DNA of 64,000 nucleotides from Candidatus Cloacimonadota bacterium (GTDB lineage Bacteria; Cloacimonadota; Cloacimonadia; Cloacimonadales; GCA-2742885): NCBI GenBank assembly GCA_002742885.1, contig PDOO01000034.1, positions 6,326 to 70,325 of the forward strand, read 5' to 3'. Shown piece by piece: positions 57,104 to 64,000 of this stretch (position 1 is its first letter; each line of letters starts with the position of its first letter). The notes under the pieces were generated by a model. It saw only the letters and a program-made list of their open reading frames with translations, ran no database searches and was not told where the DNA came from. The position numbers and the translations under genes were made by a program.

Positions 57104-58753
57104 ATGGAAAAAATAAAAAAAGCAAATAACCGAATCATGGCGGGAACGGCAATAATAATTCTGTTTTTATTTTTGTTTTTCAAGTTCACGTTTAAATTTA
57201 ATGACGGCAAGGTTATCGCCAAAATAAACAATATAGATATTCCTTATACCGAGTATTGGGCTTATACAAGTCAAATCTCGCGCAAATTGAGCGACAGAGA
57301 CAAAATGTTGGCATTGGATTGGATTGTTGATCAAAATATTATCGGTTTATATGCCGAGAAATCAGAGGAAATAAAAAAACAACTGGATCCGATATTTGCC
57401 AAAGAGAAACTTTATGCGGAAAAAGATTTGCTTCTGAGAATTTACAATATCGAAAAAGTGGACAAAAAAGTTAAAGCAAATGAGCAACAATTGAAAGAAT
57501 TCTATTTCGGGCATAAATTTTATAATTTATATTATTTGGCTATCGGAAGAGCAACCTCCAAGGCAAACGTCAAAGCCAAACAGGCTTACATGAAACTGGA
57601 ACAGGGAAATAAATTTGCCGATGTTTTTGCCGAATTTGCCGATGAATCCTTGCAAAAAACGGAAGGAAAATTGGGAGTATTTTTGGAAAGCGAAATTCCC
57701 GAACCGTTTAAAAATCATATCAAAGAATTGAAATTTGAAGAATCTTTCAGCGAACCTTTCAAAGGCGATTACGGAACTTATATCTTATACAGAGGAAACG
57801 ATAAAACTTTCGAAGAAATAAAAGATGAAGTAAAAATCAGGGTTGAACGCGAATTAAAACAACAAATGTATAATGATCTTTATGAAAATATAAAAAACGG
57901 TTTAACCGTTAATAAAGAATTTTTGGAAAATCTTCCGAAAGATCCCGATCCCCAAACCCCGGTTATAACGCTCAAAGACAAAAAAACAGTTATTGATTTC
58001 AAGTCTTTCTCTTCCGACCTTAACGAGTTGTTTCAGCTGGCGGATTTAAACAAAACAGAATCCGACATATTAATTGAAAAAGCTTACATACTGGGAGTTC
58101 AGGAACAAATTTATCGGAATGCTTTGGAATTGAAATTGGAAAAAAGCGAAAAATTTAAACAGGAATGGCGCAGAATTGCCGTCAATTTGAAAGAAACAAA
58201 ATCTCAAAAAACCATCCGCTGGGTTTTGGAACATGTTTTAGCCAAAGACATTAACGTTACCAAAAAAGAAATGCTGGATTACTATATGCTTAATCGGAAA
58301 GAATTCAGAAAATCAGCTCTTTACAAACTCCAAAAAACAGTTGTCGACAACAAATCCGAAGCCGACAGCATTTATGCCAAAGCCCGACGAAAAATTAAAT
58401 TTTCCAAACTTGTGTTAAAGTATTCCGTTGAAGAAAACGTAAACAGAACTCTCGGACGCACCCCTTATCTTACAAAAGAAGAACTGGGAGAAGACTGGAA
58501 AACAATTAAAGAATATCATCCGGGAGAAATCGTAACCCCTCTTGAAACGGAAAACGGTTATGTCGTTTATAAAATTTTAGATTTTCAAAAAGGAGCTCAA
58601 CTTACTTACGAACAGGCGGAAAAACCTATCTACAATATGCTTTTCGTCGAAAAATTAACATCAGCTTTGGAAAAAATTCAAGAAGAATACGACATTAAAG
58701 TCGAAAAATTCTATAATGTCGTTTTGGAAGAAAATAATGAAGATAAAAATTGA
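57104..58753 (+). CDS. Membrane-anchored PpiD/SurA-like peptidyl-prolyl isomerase chaperone
   Basis: 549 aa. N-terminal TM and two parvulin-like segments (GKLGVF...GTYILY; GRTPYLT...NGYVVYKI). Confidence 0.6.
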   Translation: MEKIKKANNRIMAGTAIIILFLFLFFKFTFKFNDGKVIAKINNIDIPYTEYWAYTSQISRKLSDRDKMLALDWIVDQNIIGLYAEKSEEIKKQLDPIFAKEKLYAEKDLLLRIYNIEKVDKKVKANEQQLKEFYFGHKFYNLYYLAIGRATSKANVKAKQAYMKLEQGNKFADVFAEFADESLQKTEGKLGVFLESEIPEPFKNHIKELKFEESFSEPFKGDYGTYILYRGNDKTFEEIKDEVKIRVERELKQQMYNDLYENIKNGLTVNKEFLENLPKDPDPQTPVITLKDKKTVIDFKSFSSDLNELFQLADLNKTESDILIEKAYILGVQEQIYRNALELKLEKSEKFKQEWRRIAVNLKETKSQKTIRWVLEHVLAKDINVTKKEMLDYYMLNRKEFRKSALYKLQKTVVDNKSEADSIYAKARRKIKFSKLVLKYSVEENVNRTLGRTPYLTKEELGEDWKTIKEYHPGEIVTPLETENGYVVYKILDFQKGAQLTYEQAEKPIYNMLFVEKLTSALEKIQEEYDIKVEKFYNVVLEENNEDKN

Positions 58754-59384
58754 AGATAAACTTGATTTAAAAATTGCCGTTTCCCTAATTGAGGATTTAA
58801 AAAATGAAAATTCCGATTTTCCCTATGAGCAGCTTTGCGAACTGGGACGAGAATATAAAAGAAAATTCAACGGCATAAACCTCGGCTCCGTTCCGGGCGT
58901 AAAAGAAACCCGAGCGTTGTTTAAAAGCCTCGGAATTGATCCGACCAAACATCGTCCGTCTTCCGAAGCTCTTCTTAACAGAGCTTTAAAAGACAAAGGA
59001 TTTTTTAAGATTAATACCTTGGTTGATATTGCAAATTGGTGTTCTTTGGATTTTCTTTTGCCGATTTGCGTTTACGATTTTTCAAAAATTAAAGAACCGA
59101 TTATTGTTCGCAAAGGCTCGGAAGACGAATATTATCTCGGACATAACCGTCGCAGAGTTAATCTTTACAATCGATTTTTGGTTGCCGACGCTTCGGGAGC
59201 TTTCGGTTCTCCGGTTACCGACTCAGTAAGAACTGCCGTCGAAACAAATACGACAGATGCTTTTCTTGTCATTTTCGCCCCGTCTGCGACAGACACGGAT
59301 ATCTTAGCCGAAAAATCAGATATTTTCACAAAAAGAATTATCGAACTTTGCGGAGGGAAAGTTACGGAAAACGAACTTCTTTAA
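58737..59384 (+). CDS. B3/B4 tRNA-binding domain protein
   Basis: I chose the start at ATG 58737. GIDPTKHRPSSEALLNRALKDKGFFKINTLVDIANWCSLDFLLPICVYD is typical of B3_4 domain proteins. Confidence 0.6.
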   Translation: MKIKIEDKLDLKIAVSLIEDLKNENSDFPYEQLCELGREYKRKFNGINLGSVPGVKETRALFKSLGIDPTKHRPSSEALLNRALKDKGFFKINTLVDIANWCSLDFLLPICVYDFSKIKEPIIVRKGSEDEYYLGHNRRRVNLYNRFLVADASGAFGSPVTDSVRTAVETNTTDAFLVIFAPSATDTDILAEKSDIFTKRIIELCGGKVTENELL

Positions 59385-59688
59385 GATTCTTCCGGTTAAT
59401 TTTCGAACATCTTCGCAAAGTAATTTATTTTTCATGAAAAAGCCGAAATCTTTTGACAGAAATATCTTTTTTTTTGTTTAGACTCCCTTAATATCGACTT
59501 ATATCAGGATAAATTTTAATTAATCGGAAATCTGTTTCGTCGATATAATTTCTTCTCGGAATAATTCGGATTTGATAAAATAAGCTCTCAGATAAATTAA
59601 GAACAAATGTTTAAATAAAACTTAATTATTCCGACCCGTTAATCGAGTTAAAATAAGCAGATAAATTATTCGCATTGTTTTATTCGCC

Positions 59689-59730
59689 GCAGAAAAGATT
59701 TTTTTCTTCATCAAAAAAAAATCTTTTCGC
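59689..59730. repeat. AT-rich inverted repeat in the rnf leader
   Basis: GCAGAAAAGATTTTTTT, CTTCATC, AAAAAAAAATCTTTTCGC. The arms pair over about 16-17 nt with one mismatch. Confidence 0.6.
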
Positions 59731-59863
59731 AAAAGCTTCGAATGAAATTTTAATTTATTTTGCTGAAAGTTACATACAAAAAGCTAAACTTAGTCATGCG
59801 ACTTACTTTAATGTCGTTAAAGATTTAAACAAATCTCAATTTTGGGATAACAGGAGTTAATTT

Positions 59864-61183
59864 ATGGGATTTATGACATTTCCGGGCGGAGTTCATCCTC
59901 ACGACAACAAAAAATACTCCAAAAATTCTCCGATTGAAAAAATGCCTTTGCCCAAGAAAGTGATAATTCCGCTTTCTCAACATATCGGAGCGCCTGCCGT
60001 TCCGTGCGTAAAAAAAGGCGATAAAGTTTTGGTCGGACAAAAAATCGGTGATGCGGGAGGGTTTGTATCAGTCCCCGTTCATGCCGGCATTTCCGGAAAA
60101 GTAACTGCTATTGCCAAATTTCCTCATCCGAGCGGAACGGTTCGCATGGGAATAGAAATTACGGGAGACGGCGAAGACAATTGGGTTGAAACGATTGACG
60201 AAAAAGAATATTTTAATCTGCCCGTTGATGAAATGAAAATGAGAATTTACGAAGCGGGAGTATGTGGGATGGGAGGAGCAGGTTTCCCTACCCACATAAA
60301 ACTTTCCCCTCCCGAGGATAAGCCTATTGACACAATTATCTTAAACGGAGTCGAATGCGAGCCTTATCTTACCGCCGATTACAGACTGATGCAGGAACGA
60401 GGCGAAGACATTATTAAAGGTTTGAAACTTATAATGAAAATCTGCGGAGCGGAAAAAGGCGTAATAGGAATTGAAGCCAATAAACCGGACTCCATTAAAT
60501 TAATGAAAGAACTGACAAAAGACGAATCCTCAATCTCGGTTGTCGGCTTAAAAATGAAATATCCGCAGGGCGCCGAAAAACAATTGATTTATGCAGCAAC
60601 CAAAAGAAAAGTTCCCAATAAAGGCGGATTGCCCATGGATGCAGGCGTTGCGGTTGACAACGTAGGAACAGCCGTTGCCGTTTACGAAGCCGTTCGCTAC
60701 AAAAAACCTCTGGTGGAAAGAGTTATTACCGTTACGGGAAAAATCGTTAAAAATCCTAAGAATATCATGGCGAGAGTAGGTACTCTGTGTTCGGATTTGC
60801 TGGAATATTGCGGAGGAACTTCCGAAGAGATAGGAAAAGTTATTTCAGGCGGTCCGATGATGGGATTTTCGTTGTTTACTCTTGATACGCCTGTAGCAAA
60901 AACCAGTTCCGGATTATTGCTTTTCAATAAAAAAGAAGCCGATAAAGACAGAGAATACACCTGTCTGAGATGCGGAGGATGCGTTGATGTATGCCCGTTG
61001 AATTTGGTGCCGAGCATGATTATAAGCGCCGTCAAAAACGATGCGTGGGAAGATGCCGCCAAATACGGAGTAATGGATTGCATGAAGTGCGGGAGCTGCG
61101 CTTTTGTCTGTCCGTCTCAAATAAAACTTATCCAGTGGATAGACATCGGTAAATTAAAAGTAAGCCAATTAAGAAGAAGATAG
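59864..61183 (+). CDS. rnfC: Rnf electron transport complex subunit C
   Basis: 439 aa. GMGGAGFPT, plus two ferredoxin motifs CLRCGGCVDVCP and CMKCGSCAFVCP. Confidence 0.93.
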   Translation: MGFMTFPGGVHPHDNKKYSKNSPIEKMPLPKKVIIPLSQHIGAPAVPCVKKGDKVLVGQKIGDAGGFVSVPVHAGISGKVTAIAKFPHPSGTVRMGIEITGDGEDNWVETIDEKEYFNLPVDEMKMRIYEAGVCGMGGAGFPTHIKLSPPEDKPIDTIILNGVECEPYLTADYRLMQERGEDIIKGLKLIMKICGAEKGVIGIEANKPDSIKLMKELTKDESSISVVGLKMKYPQGAEKQLIYAATKRKVPNKGGLPMDAGVAVDNVGTAVAVYEAVRYKKPLVERVITVTGKIVKNPKNIMARVGTLCSDLLEYCGGTSEEIGKVISGGPMMGFSLFTLDTPVAKTSSGLLLFNKKEADKDREYTCLRCGGCVDVCPLNLVPSMIISAVKNDAWEDAAKYGVMDCMKCGSCAFVCPSQIKLIQWIDIGKLKVSQLRRR

Positions 61184-61205
61184 ATTATTTTCTTTCGGAG
61201 GATTT

Positions 61206-62255
61206 ATGAATAATAAATTTGTTGTATCTGCGGCTCCTCATATGCACGAACCGATAAGCGTAAAATCGGTAATGTGGCAGGTTGTAATTGCCCTGTTGCC
61301 GGCTCAAGCGGTCGCCTGCGTATTTTTCGGAATGAATTCGCTTTTTTTGACATTATATGCGGTGATTGCGGCAGTATGTACGGAAGCCTTAATTCAAAAA
61401 TTACGCAAAAAAGAAATAACGGTAAAAGACGGAAGCGCAGTTGTTACGGGTATGTTGGTGGCATTCAATATCCATGCGGCAAGTCCCTGGTGGCTGCCTG
61501 CAGTCGGAGCCGTGTTTGCCATAGGAATCGGTAAACAGGTTTTCGGGGGCTTGGGTCATAATCCTTTTAATCCCGCCTTGCTTGCCAGAGCATTTATGGT
61601 GGCTTCCTGGCCGTCGTTGACTACTGCCGGCTGGGTTCCCGCTTTGAAAAAATCAATTAACGGAATATCGCAAAATATAGATAACTTACCTGAAATAGTT
61701 ACTTCTGCCACACCTCTGGCGGTTGCCAAAGCTTTAAGAAATCCGGATGTCATCGCTCCCGAATTAAGAGAGATGGTTGCCGGGAAACTGTTTGCTTGGG
61801 ATACGGTCAGCAATCTTTTTTGGGGTAACACGGGAGGAGTTACAGGAGAAGTTTCGGCAGCCGCTTTGTTGCTGGGAGCCGCTTTTCTTTCTTTAAGACA
61901 TATTATAGAATGGCGTATTCCCGTAAGTTACATCGGAACGGCAGCCCTTTTGGCATGGCTCTTCGGAGGCGTGAACGGCTTTATGAGCGCATCTTTGGCA
62001 GTTCCGGTATTTCATATTTTTGCCGGCGGATTAATTTTGGGAGCATTTTTCATGGCTACCGATATGGTAACATCTCCCGTAACCAAACGAGGCAGAATTT
62101 ATTTCGGCATAGGTTGCGGAATTATCACCATGGTTATTCGTCTGGTCGGCGGTTATCCGGAAGGAGTTTCTTATTCGATTCTTCTTATGAACATGGCTGT
62201 TCCTTTAATAGACCGCTTTACGGTTCCCAAGTTTTTCGGGGAGAGAAAAAAATGA
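61206..62255 (+). CDS. rnfD: Rnf complex subunit D
   Basis: 349 aa polytopic protein. FMATDMVTSP is the FMN-attachment-region motif. Confidence 0.9.
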   Translation: MNNKFVVSAAPHMHEPISVKSVMWQVVIALLPAQAVACVFFGMNSLFLTLYAVIAAVCTEALIQKLRKKEITVKDGSAVVTGMLVAFNIHAASPWWLPAVGAVFAIGIGKQVFGGLGHNPFNPALLARAFMVASWPSLTTAGWVPALKKSINGISQNIDNLPEIVTSATPLAVAKALRNPDVIAPELREMVAGKLFAWDTVSNLFWGNTGGVTGEVSAAALLLGAAFLSLRHIIEWRIPVSYIGTAALLAWLFGGVNGFMSASLAVPVFHIFAGGLILGAFFMATDMVTSPVTKRGRIYFGIGCGIITMVIRLVGGYPEGVSYSILLMNMAVPLIDRFTVPKFFGERKK

Positions 62256-62812
62256 AAGATTACATAAAATTATCATCCGTTCTGTTTCTTATCTCGGCAA
62301 TTGCCTGCGGAATTTTGGCTCTCGTCAATAATTTTACTTATCCGATAATTATGGAGAATAAAGCAAAAGAAGAAGAAATTGCCCGGAAATCAGTTTTGCC
62401 TCAAGCGGAAAGTTTTGAACAAAAAATATTGGGTAAAGATTCCGAAGGAAATGAGTTTTATTATTATGTCGGCAAAAATAAAGACAATAAAATTATCGGT
62501 TATACCATGGCAGTTTCCGCGCCGGGTTACAGCAGCAATCCCAAAACCATGGTCGGACTTACTGCGGACTTGAAAATTACAGACATTAAAGTAATAGACC
62601 AAGCCGAAACGCCCGGTCTCGGCGCCAATTGCGTAAATGACGATTTTCCCCCTCGATTTCGCGGAAAAGGAAAAGACGCTATGAAAACGGATAAAGACGG
62701 CGGCGAAATTAAATCTATTACCGGCGCCACCATCACCACCAGAGCGATTACCAATTCAATTGCCGACGGTATAACAATGCTTGAAAAATCTTTGAAAAAA
62801 GGGGAGGAATAA
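62252..62812 (+). CDS. rnfG: Rnf complex subunit G
   Basis: ATG at 62252 overlaps the rnfD stop (ATGA). Starts MKDYIKLSSVLFLISAIACG; contains ETPGLG and SITGATITT (FMN-binding). The 300-aa track ORF is an upstream over-extension. Confidence 0.88.
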   Translation: MKDYIKLSSVLFLISAIACGILALVNNFTYPIIMENKAKEEEIARKSVLPQAESFEQKILGKDSEGNEFYYYVGKNKDNKIIGYTMAVSAPGYSSNPKTMVGLTADLKITDIKVIDQAETPGLGANCVNDDFPPRFRGKGKDAMKTDKDGGEIKSITGATITTRAITNSIADGITMLEKSLKKGEE

Positions 62813-63405
62813 TGTCTGCTCTCAATGAATTTACCAAGGGATTCATCAAAGAAAATCCCGTGTTCGTAATGGCGTTGGGTCTCTGTCCCACCCTTGCGGT
62901 TACTTCATCCGTCGTAAATGCTTTAGGAATGGGATTTGCCGCAACTTTCGTTCTCATCTGTTCAAATATATTTATCTCATTATTTAAAAATTTCATACCG
63001 TCAAAAGTCAGAATACCGGCTTATATAGTCATTATAGCCTCATTCGTAACGATTGTTGATATGAGTATGCACGCTTATTTGCCCGCTCTTCACAAAAGTT
63101 TGGGTTTATTCATACCTTTGATAGTGGTAAACTGTATTATTCTCGGAAGAGCCGAATCATTCGCTTCCAAGAACAATGTCTTTAATTCCGTTTTGGACGG
63201 TCTCGGAATGGGACTGGGCTTTACTTTTGCTTTGACAGTTCTCGGAGCTATTCGCGAGGTTTTGGGAGCAGGTCAATTATTGGGTTATCCTGTTTTGCCG
63301 AAATCATATAAGCCGATGTTGGCTGCCATTTTGGCGCCGGGAGCATTTTTTACGCTCGGATTTATTATGGGAATAATCAATATTTTCAAAAAGAAGGAGG
63401 CGTAA
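62812..63405 (+). CDS. rnfE: Rnf complex subunit E
   Basis: 197 aa. GLCPTLAVT, IPLIVVNCIILGRAE. Confidence 0.9.
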   Translation: MSALNEFTKGFIKENPVFVMALGLCPTLAVTSSVVNALGMGFAATFVLICSNIFISLFKNFIPSKVRIPAYIVIIASFVTIVDMSMHAYLPALHKSLGLFIPLIVVNCIILGRAESFASKNNVFNSVLDGLGMGLGFTFALTVLGAIREVLGAGQLLGYPVLPKSYKPMLAAILAPGAFFTLGFIMGIINIFKKKEA

Positions 63406-63993
63406 ATGGAAATTTTCAGTAAGATATTTTCAATAGCAATTGCCGCTGTTTTCGTTCAAAATTTTGTCTTAATGAGATTTCTGGGACTCTGTCCTTATAT
63501 CGGAGTTTCCAAAAAACTGGATTCGGCAGCCGGCATGGGAATGGCAGTTATTTTCGTAATGACTATAGCATCAGCCATTACTTATATTATTCAGCATTAC
63601 ATTCTTGTACCTTTGAAAATAGAATATTTGCAGACAATTGCCTTTATTTTGACTATTGCATCACTTGTCCAATTTGTGGAAATGGCTATTCAGAAAACCG
63701 CTCCCGGTTTGTATAAAGCCTTGGGCGTATTTTTGCCCTTGATAACGACAAACTGCGCGGTATTGGGTGTTTCAATTCTAAATGTTACCGAAAAATATAA
63801 TTTTTTGGAATCTGTTTTAAACGGAGCTTTTGCCGGATTAGGCTTTACTCTGGTTCTCGTTCTGATGGCAGGACTCAGAGAACGTCTTGAAAGAGCCGAT
63901 GTTCCCGAATCCATGAAAGGAATGCCTGTTGCACTCATAGTTGCAGGTTCTATGGCGTTGGCTTTTCTCGGGTTTGCCGGATTGAAATTTTAA
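63406..63993 (+). CDS. rnfA: Rnf complex subunit A
   Basis: 195 aa. LGLCPYIGVS, LPLITTNCAVLG. rnfB is presumably beyond the window. Confidence 0.9.
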   Translation: MEIFSKIFSIAIAAVFVQNFVLMRFLGLCPYIGVSKKLDSAAGMGMAVIFVMTIASAITYIIQHYILVPLKIEYLQTIAFILTIASLVQFVEMAIQKTAPGLYKALGVFLPLITTNCAVLGVSILNVTEKYNFLESVLNGAFAGLGFTLVLVLMAGLRERLERADVPESMKGMPVALIVAGSMALAFLGFAGLKF

Positions 63994-64000
63994 AGGGAGA

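Noticed and set aside
61910-62251. N-terminal 114 codons of the 300-aa ORF 61910-62812
   Set aside because: They overlap rnfD in another frame. RnfG begins at the ATG at 62252 with its TM anchor and an ATGA coupling to rnfD.
1-64000. Search by eye for CRISPR arrays, tRNA/rRNA genes, IS elements, integrases, toxin-antitoxin pairs or known defence systems
   Set aside because: None found. There are no regularly spaced direct repeats, no cloverleaf-like GC-rich segments in the intergenic regions, and no transposase/integrase-like ORFs. RadC alone is not evidence of a mobile element.

Overview
Low-GC bacterial chromosome segment of about 50 genes. I found no rRNA, tRNA, CRISPR array, transposase or integrase by eye. 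The gene content points to an uncultivated anaerobic amino-acid fermenter of the FCB/Cloacimonadota type, but that is inference only. The supporting genes are rnfCDGEA, NADP-type gdhA, secreted C25 and M14 peptidases whose FlgD/T9SS-like C-terminal tails end in KMILLK, and a DUF2723 protein. Housekeeping genes I recognise with confidence are metK, pgi, an EF-G paralogue, rpsT, ftsY, gdhA and rnfCDGEA. The stand-out region is a co-directional, tightly packed minus-strand block from 1 to about 15166. It contains two tandem 70-71 aa secreted Cys-rich peptides sharing a Y-x-CDC...CxC core, and three paralogous 6-bladed beta-propeller lipoproteins with a G-x-G-PGE motif. It also contains a membrane-anchored CxxC thioredoxin-fold protein, a DUF1573 + CxxC + DsbD/CcdA-like membrane protein, and a 5'-truncated ABC exporter. 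This module is directly abutted by a TolC / RND / MFP / RND efflux set. The block carries clear rearrangement scars: a ghost copy of the dsbD-like/tolC junction, a relic of a third peptide gene, and a 31-nt exact repeat that fuses a propeller-gene 5' end onto the ABC gene. Part of the block is also markedly more AT-rich than its surroundings. I interpret it as an expanding periplasmic Cys-peptide maturation/export or immunity system that does not match any named system I know. Other points of interest: an ABC-2 permease fused to a CPBP protease; a gingipain-like protein whose catalytic His appears replaced by Trp; tandem PGI and PGI/PMI isomerases; and an envelope glycosylation trio.
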